Part shown: one piece after another, positions 28,820 through 44,749 of the stretch
How positions within the stretch are numbered: the stretch's first letter is position 1
How the letters are laid out: each line of letters starts with the position of its first letter
Assembly (NCBI RefSeq): GCF_009914755.1
Contig: NC_060928.1
Direction: 5' to 3' (one strand)
DNA: 64,000 nucleotides
From: the human T2T-CHM13v2.0 reference genome, Homo sapiens
Position numbers and translations under genes: made by a program
Notes under the pieces: generated by a model
What the model saw: the letters and a program-made list of their open reading frames with translations, nothing else
Told to the model about the DNA's origin: nothing
Database searches by the model: none

Positions 28820-29260
28820 GATTGAGAAGATGTGTCACTGCACAGATAATGCAAAAATTCAACTTCACTAATAAGAGATGAAAAATTCACATTGAAACAA
28901 ACATGAGATGCTATTATCATCACCACATTGGAAAAATTCACTCTGATATTTTCAGTGCTAAAAAGGGTATTGTCTTACTCTGCTAATGATACTGTAAACT
29001 GGCCCAAGGCCATTTATCATAGCTTAATTGAATTAAAAACATGAAAATAATTTAAAATTTAGCTACTTCAATTTTTTCTCAATTTCTATTCTAATAAAAT
29101 ATATATTTGAAGAAAAGGTACAATCATGATTGTTTCAAAGAGAATAGGCAATATTACAAAAATAATTGAAATAATACTATATTTAAAATGTTTTTACAAA
29201 AATCATTTAATAGAAATATCAGTGACATAGCATGCAGAAATATATGGTAAAAAATGTTGA
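28820..29260 (+). mobile_element. Old L1ME 3' fragment
   Basis: AATTCAACTTCACTAATAAG...AAACAAACATGAGATGCTATT...CATTGGAAAAA. Confidence 0.45.
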
Positions 29261-30249
29261 ATTTTCATTACCATATATCAAGAACAATTACTTGGGTTAT
29301 GTATTTTTTCTTGTTCACAAAACTAATGTGAACACTAATTGTATTGCTTCTAAGTTATGTAATAATGCATTGTATTTCTAATAAAATATCTACATATTTG
29401 AAAATACATTTTGAATAAATTTATTATATACATCCAACAATATAGTAAGACAAATTTTTTAACCAATAAATACTTCAAAAATTATGTAACATTAATTACT
29501 TTACCTTTCAAATTTTCTTAAAATATTTTAGTTTGGATTTTCAACCTGTAAGGTATAACGTTAAGTGAATTAGCATGTGCTAAATTACTATTCAAGATAT
29601 ATTCTATATATTCTAAATATGTTCTTTATCTTTACATATAAACTCATGCACAGAAAATATTGAGCAAAATACACATCTAATTGTTAAAGAAAATTACATC
29701 TGCAGTGGTATCTTGGACTGGAGATGTTAGTTTTATTCATTTGTGTTTAAGATTTGATTGGGTAATGCAGACAGGAGGTCTAACCTTGAGATTAATATCT
29801 GAGATTCCTCAATCAGCATTATTAATCACAACGGAAGGCAAGAGAATGAGAATGCACAGAATGTAGTTATAGAAAGAAAATTTTACTATAGAAAAGATAG
29901 AATACAAATATTGGGCAAATACTTAGTCATTCGGTAGAGAATAAAAGTTGTTTTGAGAACTAAGAAGAAAGAGCCTGAGGTATACAAGAAATAAATTCAA
30001 AGACAATACTAATATTCTTAGATAGTAGGAGGTATATCTTGGGCATGCTGTCATCTCGGTGTCTGGTATACTAGGCAAATTAACAATAAATATTATTGAA
30101 GAGTACATGGAGTTTTAAGAAGACCCTCTTGTGGGGTCTTTCCTTATATGGTTTATATGAATATTTTTATTTAGCCTTTGGATCAATTTCAAAATATTTT
30201 ATAAATAAAAAATATTTTTATTTACCCTTTGCCTGACTGGGATGACTAT

Positions 30250-30258
30250 GTGTCTGTC

Positions 30259-30289
<31 letters not shown>

Positions 30290-30305
30290 GACAGAGACAG
30301 AGAGA
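30250..30305. repeat. (TG)n/(GA)n compound microsatellite
   Basis: Read directly. Confidence 0.85.
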
Positions 30306-31668
30306 TAGCCAGGGGTAAATGAAAATCTATTTGATTACTTTTAATACTCAACACCCAAAGTAGAATTGAATTGTCAGTTTCATGACCATACTGCAGATAA
30401 CACAATATGATGCTTGTTAGGGAAATTCTTATTTGGTGAAAAATAGGAGATTTTTAATAATAGGAAGTCTTCCAGTTATACTCTGCCACTATTGCATTGA
30501 CCTCTGGAAATTTTCTCCTTCAGCTTAGTTATATCCCTGACTATATCACTTATCTAGATGTGAAAGATAACAGGCCCAGTTATTTTTCTTCCTGACAAAA
30601 AGAATAGAAAAGTTGGGCTACATTTTAAAAAAAAATAGCTTATGTACCAAATAATTGATTTGCAATAACCAAAAGACTTTAACGTATGGTAGGTCTTTTA
30701 AAGAAAGTTGAGTGCAACATCTTAGAAGCAATAAATAAAGTGTAGTTTTCCTTAAAACATATTTTTTTTTACCATATCTTATTGTCTTAGCATATACATC
30801 TAAATAAGTCATATCTTTTTAATTATTTAAATTAACAAATGAAAGTTGAATGAATCATGTTATCTAAATCTCCATTTCTAACAAGCAATAGTTTCATCAT
30901 ATACAGTAAACTTTGACTTTATTCATTTAACACAAATTAAATCTGGTTTCTATCTATGACATTTAGTATAAATCTTTGCTTCCAGAACTTGATCATTTTT
31001 TCACCAAAATACAAAGCACTGCCAACTATCCTCATCTCATTTATCACAATAGCATAAAATATTTCTCTTCCACCCTAGATTAAGCAATAATCACCTCAGA
31101 TCTTTAATACTATTTTCCTTCTGCCTCTTTTTCTTATTTTCTCTATATTTGTTCCAAAATATTTCTGTTGATACTATTTTCTTTTTCTAGTGTTATGTTG
31201 TTCAGTTCATTAAAATCTAAAAACTAACATCGTAGTATGTAATATTCAAAATTTAGTATCACTTAAAGAGCATCAAGGAAGCATAGATGAAGCTATGGTA
31301 GGAAGAAAAGGCTTTGTTTTTGGTTGAACTGCATTCATTTAACTTTTACTCTCAGAAATTTCAGGTAAATTATTTTCTCTGTAAAATGGTTTTGGCCTGA
31401 GTCTGTTTCCAGAGGAACACATAGTCCATTAGTCATACTATGGGGAATGTTCCCCTGGGACTTTCTTTTTCTGATTTCAAGCTTAAGCTGTTCAGTAAGG
31501 CACATTTCTACAGATCAAAGGTCTTTTTCTGTGGTTGCAGGTAAATATAAGAGAGGTTATATCTGGGAAATCCAGATGTGCAAAGAAATGATTCTCCCCC
31601 TTATATATTAGGATATATATATATACTTAAAAACATAAATCATATTTATTTTCCCATATGCTTTCTAA

Positions 31669-32307
31669 TTTTTTTTTATTATTATACTTTAAGTTTTAGG
31701 GTACATATGCACAATGTGCAGGTTTGTTATGTATGCATATATGTGCCATGTTGGTGTGCTGCACCCATTAACTCGTTATTTAACATTAGGTATATCTCCT
31801 AATGCTATCCCTCCCCCTTCTCCCCACCCCTCAACAGGCCCCACTGTGTGATGTTCCCCTTCCTGTGTCCATGTGTTCTCATTGTTCAATTCCCACCTAT
31901 GAGTGAGAATATGCAGTGTTTGGTTTTTTGTCCTTGCGATAGTTTATTGAGAATGATGGTTTCCAGCTTCACCCATGTCCCTACAAAGGACATGAACTCA
32001 TCATTTTTTATGGCTGCATAGTATTCCATGATGCATATGTGCCACATTTTCTTAATCCAGTTAATTATTGATGGACATTTGGGTTGGTTCCAAGTATTTG
32101 CTATTGTGAATAGTGCCACAATAAACATACGTGTGCATGTGTCTTTATAGCAGCATGATTTATAATCCTTTGGGTATATTCCCAGTAATGGGATGGCTGG
32201 GTCAAATGGTATTTCTAGTTCTAGATCCCTGAGGAATCGCCACAGTGACTTCCACAATGGTTGAACTAGTTTACAGTCCCACCAACAGTGTAAAAGTGTT
32301 CTTATTT
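31669..32307 (-). mobile_element. 5'-truncated L1PA4-like element
   Basis: Antisense 3'UTR and ORF2 C-terminus ([28 protein letters not shown]...LIGGN); GCTTTCTAA on both flanks. Confidence 0.93.
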
Positions 32308-32934
32308 GTTTTTGAAGCTTTCTAAGAGTAGAGAAAAAGTAGGCAATAGGCAGTTATGATTTGTTCTGTTTTGTTGAAAGCTTGACATACTATTTTCAGT
32401 GATACACACTTTTTTTCAATTGCTACCTATTCAAAAAATAAATTCATCTTACAGTCATAGACACTGCAAAAACTTGTCAGACAATTTAAATATTTCTCTG
32501 GTTTTGGGGTGCTAATTGAAAAGGTAAATTGATCTAATCTATTGCTCTCTATTTCACTGATAATCATTTTCATTTCTATAGTGCTCAATACTTCTGAGGT
32601 TGGTCCGATAATGGCTGATGAATTTATATTTGACTTTCTTGTGGTCTTTAGCTCTTAAACTAAAATAAACCATTAGTAGGTGAAACAAAAAGTGTTCTAA
32701 CGTTTTATTTTATTGTGAACACTTTTATTATGACTATGCCTTTCCAAAAACAATAATAGTTACTAGACATTATTTGATCTTACAATCAAATATATATCTC
32801 ACAGAAATCTTTCAATAGTCTTGTGAGATAGGGCTAAGCAATTGTAATCACTCCACTAATTTTGTAAATTATAAAACGGGTTAGGGAGTCTGGCTCTTAG
32901 ATAACAACTTCATATGATTTTTCAGGCCAGGCTA

Positions 32935-33510
32935 TGAGAAATTGCAAAGGCTTTACCTAGCAGGTCTCAAGGGAAAAGCTGCTCCCCATACAACAGACTT
33001 GTGCATAGCCAATGCACTGCTGTATCTAAAGAAAGTTGCAGTCAAGGACTGTGAGGCTAGGACTGGCCAGTTATGCTTTTAGCATATTTTTATTCCTTGC
33101 CAGGCACTGTTACTCCTAGGTCTCTGAGGCCTTTGGCCACTGTCCTCTTCAGATTATCTCTGCCATTACCTCCTTATGGTGGTGGGAGGGTGGATTTTCA
33201 AGACACTTTCCCCACTTTAACTCAGTACCCAGTACTTTTCCACTCCTAGTCCTTCCCGCTGACCCTCTCCCATCCCAAAGTACATAAAACTGCTGGAGCC
33301 TTTTGTTTAGGGTTCCCTCAAGTGAGAGGATTCCCTGAGCCTGAAATCGTCCTGTTTCATGGAAGAAAACAGAACAAGGAAAATCTATGATTATCCCATC
33401 ACAGTAAATGCTTAAAGGCTTAACGCTTGCATCTTTGGCTCACTCTTCGAATAAGCTATTCTGACACTGGGCAGTTCAGCTTTCTTTCAATCTTTCAGCC
33501 AGATGATCCC
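32935..33510 (+). mobile_element. Old ERVL-class LTR (MER54/73/74/88 group, tentative)
   Basis: TATA-like ACATAAAACTGCTGGAGCCTTTTGTTTAGGGTTCCCTCA; AGTAAA poly(A)-like signal. Confidence 0.5.
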
Positions 33511-33664
33511 CTAGAACTAGTATATAAAAATATTAGCTCCAAATTCCTGGCGGAGGTATAAAAGTAGACTGATTCAAACAACTTGGATAGTCCTTTGAGG
33601 AAATAAATTTGGTAATTTTTTCTAGTCTTTTTAATTTAGCATTGCTAAAGTACCACTTCAAGAA

Positions 33665-33960
33665 GACTTGTAGTCCTAGCAGTTTGGGAGGCCTACGCAG
33701 GAGGATGGCTTGTAGCCAGGAGTTCAGGACCAGCCTAGAAAAAATATTCAGGTCCTGTCTCTACAAAAAATTTTAAAAATTAGCCAGACATAGTGGCACA
33801 CACCTGTAGTCCCAGCTACTCAGGAGGCTGAGGTGGGAGGATCACTTGAGTCCAGGAAGTTGAGGCTGCAGTAAGCTGTGATTGTGCCACTGCCCTCCAG
33901 CCTGGATGTCAAAGAGAGACCCTAGACCCTGTCTCTAAAACAAAAAGGAAAACAAAACAT
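33665..33960 (+). mobile_element. AluJ, 5'-truncated
   Basis: J diagnostics GGAGGATCACTTGAG, GGCTGCAGT, GACCCTGTCTC. Confidence 0.9.
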
Positions 33961-34121
33961 AAGGAAGTATAATTTTCACCTCTCACCCATGATAGCTCCA
34001 AGTCAAAGCACAATAGAGCCTAACAAATCACAGATTAACTCAGTTTAACACCACTTCTCCACCCTACATTTTCACACTGTAATCTTAGTTCTGTATTTCT
34101 CAAGAAGAGCTAAACAAATCA

Positions 34122-34719
<598 letters not shown>

Positions 34720-34842
34720 TCAAACTCTTCCTTTTCCCTTAACGCAATGAAAGTAGCCAATATGCCAATGAGGACTCATTTGGAATTAGCACCTTCAACA
34801 GCCAAACAGATTAGTCTTCTTTCCAGTATATTCCACTGCCTC

Positions 34843-35248
34843 TGTTGTAGAAGAAAACCGAGTTCTTGTCACACAACCAGGAGAGATTAGGCGCGCAGAC
34901 ACTTTGAAGGGTAAGTGAGGGAAACAGAATTTACTGGACGAAAGGGAAAAATCTCAGCACACTGAGAAGGGTTCCTGTTAACATGCCCCATCTCACAGGT
35001 TGAATCCTACGTCACCACACGAGAACTGGAGAGGCCAGGCTCCTCCCTGCTACAAATGGCGCGAACTTCCCAAAGCTCCACTCAGTTCCCGGTACTCCCA
35101 GTGCACAGGTGGGCATTATTCAGAAAGAATCAGTTGGGAAAATGGGGGGCTTCATCAAGGACCAGCAGTCTGGATTTTCAGCCTTTAGGCTGTTTTAGGC
35201 TTGAAGGCAAGGTTTCGCTGAGCCCTTGACTGCTTCCCGTCTGTATCA
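34843..35248 (-). mobile_element. MER61-like ERV1 solo LTR
   Basis: TG...CA termini; perfect 4-bp TSD CCTC (34839-34842, 35249-35252); GAGTTCTTGTCACACAACCAGG and AGGCCAGGCTCCTCCCTGCTACAAATGGCGCGAAC cores. Confidence 0.8.
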
Positions 35249-36330
35249 CCTCCGTGAAAGACTCTGTTATTTAAAATTAAACATCTTTATTGGTGTCTGA
35301 TTTTCTTCAAAATCTTTAAAGTTCCTTAAACAATGATTTTAAATCCTTAAACAAATGATTTTGTTTTTGTCTGTTCTATTTATATTTATCTGCTCTAGTC
35401 TGTTATCTCTTCTGTTTCCTTTTTTTTTCATAAATTGATTATGTCTTACTATTCTACCATATCTTCTCCCTTGACTTACTAAGTATAATTCTTTGTTTGA
35501 AATGTACGTATGGCTACTCTAGATTTTATAATATTTTAAACTTATCATTTAAAAAAATAATATTACACAACACATATAATTTAAAAAAAGAACACAACAG
35601 AATTTAAACTAATTGCTGAAGGGATGTCAATTATCTAATGGAGTGATGGAGAAAAAAATTCAAAATTTATAACCTCCATTTTTAGGTTTTCTTTTAACGT
35701 ATTACCAATACTTAGATCACATTTAGTCAACAAAACAGAGCATTCATTGATGGCTAAATCTCTGTTATTTAGATTACCAATCTGCCCATAATATGAATTA
35801 CGTAAAACATTAGTAAATATTATTTGTGTGAAAACAGGCCCAGTCTGAAAACTACGCTATGCAAAGTGCTAGTTGTTAACTGCCATCTTTCAAAGCTAAT
35901 GTCTGAATTTTATTCTCCCCATCAAGAATCAGAAATAAGAAAGCTCACCTTATGTAAATATTAATTAAACAAGAAATATTATGAGCAATATGTAGGTGCT
36001 TAATTCACTCCCTTCCTAGTTTTGTGATTCTTTCCTTGCTGTCAGAATATTTAAAATGTAAGTAAAAAATAAATACAACAGTGTAATTTTGTTTTTTACA
36101 AGTTTATTTGTACCATCTTGTGGGGAAGATTTTATAGAAGCAAGGCTTAAACCTCCTTCCTAAGTGGAGGAATTTAATTTGTATATGCATTCTGAATCCT
36201 TTTGCATGATAAATAATTAAAAATTTACCATTATTAGAAGTAAGTATCTAATCTGGGTTGACTTATACTTAACATTATAATATTAACATAAATGGTAATT
36301 GAGCAAGGCTACCTCTGTTCAACTGAAATA

Positions 36331-36333
<3 letters not shown>

Positions 36334-36376
<43 letters not shown>
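36334..36376. repeat. (TA)n microsatellite
   Basis: Perfect run of about 21 units. Confidence 0.95.
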
Positions 36377-36379
<3 letters not shown>

Positions 36380-36891
36380 AATAGCAGAATGGTTAATAAT
36401 CAATCCATATTGTTTTTTAACCAGAAACTTTGTGACTCTCATGAGGAACTAATACCAGCTATTTGTAGCTTGATGTTTTTAGGGGTAATTTTATGTTTTC
36501 TCTTTAAATTTCGTTAGAAAAAAGCATTCTCAAAGTTATGAAGTTCTAGCCAGTCACTTAGCTAATTGTTTATCAAATCCATCAATCTTTTGAACATCTA
36601 TATTTTTCACCTGAATTGAAAAAGTTAATGTCCTTTGAATCATGTTATGAGTTTTCTGGTAAAAAGCTAACATGGAATATGCTAACTACTTCACTCTGCT
36701 TAGTATTGTATTGTGCATGCTGTTGTCGTTCTGATTTTTATTCCATATCTTTAAATTTCTTACCAGATAATTTCCAGCCCATGGAAATGACCTGTTACAT
36801 GGTACTATATCTTGGAAATATGTTTTTCTATGAGCCTTATATGAAAACCAAATGTTACTATAAGGGTTTTTGTCTCTCTCTTCCTTTCTCA

Positions 36892-37197
36892 TTATTTTTA
36901 TTTTTTATTTTTTGAGACAGAGTCTCACTCTATTGCCCAGGCTGGAGTGCAGTGGCCTGATTTTATCTTACGGCAGCCTCAACCTCCTGGGTTCAAGCAA
37001 TCCTCCCACCTCAGCCTCCTGAGTGACTGGAACTACATGTGTGCACCACCATACTAGTTTAATTTTTGTATTTATTTGTAGAGATGGGGTTTAATTATGT
37101 CACCCAAGCTGGTCTCCAACGCCTGGACTCAAGCCATCTGCCCACTTTGGCCTCCCAAAGTGCTGGGATTACAGATGTATGCAACTGTAAGCAACCA
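36892..37197 (-). mobile_element. AluJ
   Basis: Antisense Alu with GCAGCCTCAACCTCCTGGG, AATCCTCCCACCTCAG, GGACTCAAGC. Confidence 0.92.
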
Positions 37198-39839
37198 GGG
37201 TTTCTTTTTTTAACTTACTTTGGCCAATTAAGGCAACTAAGTGAGCAGTTATCAGTAAACTGCTCTAGATATTTTTGACATTTTTAAATGCTTACATTGA
37301 TAATTTCAAAAATTATTTTTTGTCTTTCCCAAATCTAGAAATGTTTGTAACACCAAAAATCCAAATAAATGTTACAAACTTCTAGAAATATGTTTGGTAC
37401 GAATTTCTGAAATAAATATGTTTCTGGAAGAATGATTGTAGGATCCTGAGTTTACTTTTAAGGCCTTTTCCTTTTAGTTAAATGTCTTGCATGTTGCTTT
37501 GTTTGCATTTATCCTTTCTTTTGTCTTTAAGAAAAAGTTTCTTCTTTAAGCTCTGAAGGTATTGTGGGGTACTATAGAAGTGTACACAATAAAATTTCTT
37601 GTTAGAACTTTTCTCTATTTCCACACATAGAGATATGATATTCTCCTATTAGCATAGCATGGCCACTGCTTAGTATAAATGCCAACATTTTCAGCTTAAA
37701 TTGTGTTATTTTTTCTCTTCAGAAAATATTATAAAATACAAATGACTAAAAATATTTGAAAGAATAAGTGTCAGACTGTGTCAAGAGATAAGCAAGTCCA
37801 CAAATATGCTTCCTGGTATGTTCTAGACTCTAAATAATTTTTGTCCTACATTCAAAAGATATATGGAAGTAAGTTTTCTTGTTAGGTGAAAAAAAATGCA
37901 TATTCAGGAAAGTTAGTGTTATGGAAAATAATAGTAAATAATCATAATAGTAATAATAAACATAATTCATTATATATTTTTAGAAGGTCTTTCAGTTTAT
38001 AAAGAACTTTGGGATGCAACTTCCAATCTGAGTAATTGTAGGAAGAGTGAGATTGTATTACAAGAATGAATTGGCATTTTCTTGATATCTATAACAATAT
38101 TACACAATTATCTTAGAAATTTTTCCTAACATGGTTTTCAAATAAAGGAGGTTCTACAAAACAAACAAATTGATTGCATTTCAATGGACTGAGATTTTAT
38201 TCTGGTTTTTGTTAATAAATCTGTGCTTACTATCACACCAGGTTGGAAAACAAAGCAAAACTACATGGAGCAGTTTTACTGCCAAAGGCAGTTTGCAGTG
38301 AATTGCTGCAGTGATATTTTCATTTTTCACTCATAAAGCAAACCAACAATAAAAGTGTATTGCAGTCAGTGATACCCCAAGGATCTGGATAAGTACTGCA
38401 TTCAAGTTAGGCCATCAGTCATTCAACACCATTGAATTCATGTAAATAAATTGTGTGTAGCAGTTAAAAGGAAGAATCAGGTGTGATGTAGGCTGAAGAG
38501 AATGATCCCCTAGGGAAGAAGTGAAAAATTAATTTTCCTCAATATAAGAGGCAGAGACAAAGTAAATGAGATCATTTAATTGGAAGCAAAATAAATTACT
38601 TCAAAAGAAATACAAAATTGAAAAATAGAGGAAGGAGCTCTTTATGTGAAATATTTATCAAATATAAAGAGAGATTAAACTGCAGGATGAATGACTTTAC
38701 AATTTACTAATTGGTTTAATTGTGCTTGTATTTTAAAATCAATTTCATTTTATTCCTATATTTTTAGTATTTATGTACTCACATTGATATAAAAATTACA
38801 TTATTGTAGAATGTAAAATGGATAACGTATAGAGGTACACCTAGCAAAATTCTTTGTGCATATGCAGTTGGTTAAGATGGTCTACAACTAGATTTCTATT
38901 TAGGATTAAAGTTGAATCTTTGTCCTCAATACCTACAATTGATACATCTTCTCTTGGCACTTTATGCTATTTTAATGAATGTATGAATAATTTTGGTAGT
39001 CTCCCTTTCTTGCTTACCAGTAGTACTTCATATAATTTTCAACATATTAATCGATTCCTAGACTTTCATGTGTGTAAAAATTTCTCCACAAAAATGTGTG
39101 TAGTATAAAAATGAGAGGCATAGAAACACATGCTAATGTACTTTTTGAATTTTATTTCATACAATCCCATCATCTATGAATTCAGACAGATAATATGTTC
39201 TAATATTTCCTACATGCATTTCTCTAGTTTTCTTGTCTTCTTTGCTTGGTTAAAAAAAGAGAAAAGACTAGAAATGTCTTCATTACATGAAGGTAGTATA
39301 TACAATCTGGATAGTAAAATAAATTCAGTGTCATTTTTCCAAGATTGCCATAACTACTGCTAGAGTAATTGTTGAAAATATTATGATTTATTTTATGTGA
39401 AAAGAGAAAACTTCCAAATCCTTATGGCATTTTCATTTTGGCAGCTATCAGACATTTAAAGAAAATGGATACATATAATCTATGTAAGTATACATATTAC
39501 ATTATTGTGACAAATTTTAAAGAAGATCTTGAAAAAACTGACATTAAATATGATTATAGATTAGAGTACAGAAGAGTACAGAAGATGAAAACATTCATAT
39601 TTCAGGGAATAGAGTCAATTTTAAAGTCCAAGTTGGAACTTGCCGCTTCTATACCCATTTACCTTATTTTCATAGTTAAAACACTTGATACTGGAAAATC
39701 TTGCCAACACTAAAATTGCATGTAATACGTTTTTTAAAAAACAGAGCTCACTTTCTCAATAACATGAATATACATAAATAGAATGTTTATGAAGCCAATG
39801 ATTAAAACTTTACTTCTGAATATTATTTGACTCTATGGC

Positions 39840-40055
39840 AAGGATGGGCACAGTGCTGCTCATTGATGAAATCCAGCCTGTTTGTTTAAAGAAAGTTTAC
39901 TGGAAGGTAGTATTGTCCATTTATTTATATATTGTCTCTGGCTGTTTTCACTATAACAGCAGAGTTTAATAGTTATAATATACTGTAACTATTAACATAT
40001 GGCCTGAAAAAACAAAAATATTTACTACTTCACTCTCAAGAGAAAGTTTATAGAA
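39840..40055. mobile_element. MER58A-like hAT-Charlie element
   Basis: AAATCCAGCCTG...AAAGTTTACTGGAA...TATTGTCTCTGGCTGTTTTCAC...AAAATATTTACTA. Confidence 0.7.
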
Positions 40056-40781
40056 CTAATAGATCTTAAAACCATTCTATCTAGGTAACCTTAGTGATTG
40101 ACTATGCTTTGCATTAATATAATCAATAAATATTATAGCACACCAAAATGAGAATCAGATATGGGTTAAAAATAACATGTATTCACCTGAGACTTTTTTT
40201 CCAGATGAAGGAAACACGACTATTTCTTTGAGTTTAGGCTTAAGCAGTATTGCATTAAAATTAGTATTGCAGTACTTACACTGGGTTAAACATTGGGAAT
40301 AATTCTCTAGACTTCACAGGAGATAACCACGTAAGTCTTCAATATTGTTAAGAGACACAGCAAGATAAAGAAAACATAGGCAAGCATGTGAACCTGAGAG
40401 ACTTGTAGGTGCAATTCCTTCGTCACCTAAGACCTGCTTCATAGGAGGAATTTGATGAATTTTTTTAAAAGCAACAATGCTTTCTCTCAGGTAAACAAAA
40501 AACATAAAGTGAATGGCTTCTTCCAAACACCCGAAGAAAACATATCTATCTATAAGAGATTTTCATTACGAAATTACTTAAAGCTTCATAGATCAGAAGC
40601 CATAGCTGCAACTTTACCATGTGCCACAAAATTCTTCCAATTCTAAAAAAAAAAAAAACAAGAGGGATTTAAAACTTTTAGCTGTTTAGACCTTGGGGAA
40701 AACCCAAGAGTAGTTTAAGTAGTGATAGTAACACATAAAGTTGTATCCTAGAAGAGGAATAAATTAATTAAAATAATTTTC

Positions 40782-41115
<334 letters not shown>

Positions 41116-42982
41116 TCTAGGAATTTCATAATCTTAATTTTGAACAGTTTTAAAGTCTTTGCTGCTAGTTTTAAAAAAGTTTTAATTTAATAAAAATCGA
41201 TTATTTATTCTTACTAAATAGTGTATTTGATTTTTAAAGAAGCATTATTGTTTTTTAAATGCCCATCTATGGAGGAGAAAAGTTGCCTCCATGAATTTCC
41301 CCATTAGTGCTTTTTGTCGTCAGTCCTTAGATGTGACCGGAATTTGAATCCTTTTTTGGAAGAAAAAGATATGTACAATACAATGGTCTTCCTGATAACG
41401 TGTTACAAAAACAAGATAGTGTTGCTTTTAGACACTATATTAGGTATAAAAATGTGTGCCTTCCTGTTCTGACTAGTTGGTAATGTTTAATATGTATATT
41501 TTGAAGATATACCATGGATAAATTCAGCTGTAGTTGAAGAATCAAAAAAATAAATTCAGGAACAATTATTATTTCATCTCCTTTTCACTTTATTATTAGC
41601 ATCATTGTGGGTATTATGCCACCATAGCAACCATTCCTAAATATTTATACATGGAGCAGCATATTTGCTTTCCTTGAAACATGAAGCTAACATATCTGAG
41701 TTCCTCGTTTTTTATAAGATCAGATCTCCAAAAGCAAGTTAAATCAAAAAGCAGCTTACAGAGATGAAAGACTCTCACATTGGTGAAAACTCCAGTTATT
41801 GAACATACTTATAATATTTCTTTATCAACAGGAGGAACATAAAAAGTTACATGGCAAAAAAAAACACTAATTCTTCTATGTCTACAGACATTGTTTTAAT
41901 GGCAAATTCTCCAAGGCAAATCAATCACTTCATACTATCAGATAGCCTTCCTTTTAGTGGGTACCTTCAAAATAATTATTTTGTTCTCATATCTTTGATT
42001 TAAATAAAATTAATATGCATTTGACTATGACAGAGCTTTAATAGCTATTCTTTCAACTTCTTTGATATGAAAAATAAATATATTTTGCTGTATAATATAA
42101 AATGTACATAATTTATTAAAAGTCACTCCTTTTCTCTTTTGAAATGACTGTCCAGAGCTAAAATAAAATAATTCTGTGAGCCATAACTTCTAACTTAAAA
42201 TTTATTTTTTTTTAATTTTGCCCAAGCAAAGGTTTTGACTTCGAAAATAGACACTGTATATTAAGAGAAGAATATTACAACAATCAGAAGTATTCCTGCC
42301 GATAGCAAAATTTCCTTTTCTCATATGGGACAGATTTTTAAATGATCTCATAACGTCCTTTGAATGTGGCTTATAATTACAAAATCAAATGTATTATCTG
42401 AAAATATTTTATAAATGTTATTGCAATTCAAATATTAAGTCATGTAATTATGCATGAATATTGTTTTCTTTGTTCTTCGGTAAAGAATCCTCTATGTAAA
42501 TCTTTTAAGCAGTGTATTTCTACATATCAACTCTTGAATTATTATTCCTGTTATTATTTTATCTGTTATCATTTTTATTTGAACTGCATTATCTGAGATC
42601 ATACATACAAATCAGGATTAAGATACCATAAGGTCCTTCACACCGAGAGAATGCTATGAATTTGTTACTTTGTTTATAAGACTCTGTAGAGAGATTTCTT
42701 TCATGTTCTTTCACCAAAAATTTTACTCTCAACAATAAGTCCTAGCAGCACTAATCAAAATTTATATAAATCTGCCAGTTGAATGTTTTCTGAATAACCC
42801 TCTTCTTATAATGAATATTTCATAGCATTTTAAAAAATAAAATGTAGAGAGAAAAACATAAGACTCAATTATCCCTGTGCAGCTTCCCAACCTTTATTTT
42901 TCTATGATTTTTGTAGAACTTCAAAGGAAACATCTTTTAAGAAAAGGGAAAATACAGAGTTTGACATTATAAGAGCAAAAAC

Positions 42983-43810
<828 letters not shown>

Positions 43811-44509
43811 ATATTATTTTAATAGTCTATGACCACATTTCAAATTAACCGCATAATTTTGCCTGATATTTACCCAGATAGATGATTATGATTGAGAGTT
43901 ATCTACCAAATTTAAAGCACCACACTTTCAGAAAACTTACTGTGGAAAAAAAATGAAAGAAAAAGACTGGGAAAAATTTCATGTATTTCTTTTAATCTGA
44001 TATAATTTTAATGATTAATAATAACTTTAATTTTTTTATATGTCAGCACTACAGATTTCTATGAAGTTTTATTATGCATGGACCAATCTTGCTTATTTGG
44101 GGCCAAATGTACGTACTTTGAAAAATTTTGGCTTTACATTTATAAACCTGCATACCTTCTTCGTTATTACCTTACCATTTCACTTAGAAATAGATACAGT
44201 GCTCCATTTTACCTGAGTTCAGCTAAATATATCCTCCAATAAAAATATATTCTCCCTCAGCTAAAAAGATAACTGGGTTATTTTACATTGGCTTTCTTTA
44301 CAACTCATGTAACATTCATTTTTCAAATTAAACTTTTGGTAAGTAAATTCCACTCATTTTAAACAAACACAAATGTAAAATTAAATAATGTCAGATTATT
44401 TTGCTGATAAGTTTAGTTATCATATTTTTATTACTGTATGTAAAATTTATTAATAAATAATACACTTTAGTAGGATTTTTTTTTCATTACACCATTACAC
44501 AGAAAGGTA

Positions 44510-44685
44510 CACTTAATCTTTATAGTAAGTCTTGGAAGATATATTTTTCTATCTGATTACAGAAGAGGAGAATTAGTTTCAGAGATATTAATTACCTTGT
44601 CCAAACTTGCACAGCCAGCAACTAGTGTATGCAGATTTCCAAACCACAACTACTTGACATTAAAGCCCGTGATGTTTCAGACACA
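44510..44685 (-). mobile_element. MIR
   Basis: TTACAGAAGAGGAGAA...CAGAGATATTAATTACCTTGTCCAAACTTGCACAGC. Confidence 0.7.
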
Positions 44686-44749
44686 TATTTAATGGAAGGA
44701 GGTATCAATAAAATTCCAATAGCTACATAAGTGGTGAAACATCATAGAT

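Noticed and set aside
34979-35130. p53 response element in the MER61-like LTR
   Set aside because: There is only one imperfect half-site (TAACATGCCC). The position that carries the dimeric site in p53-bound MER61 subfamilies reads GGGCATTATTCAGAAAGAAT here.
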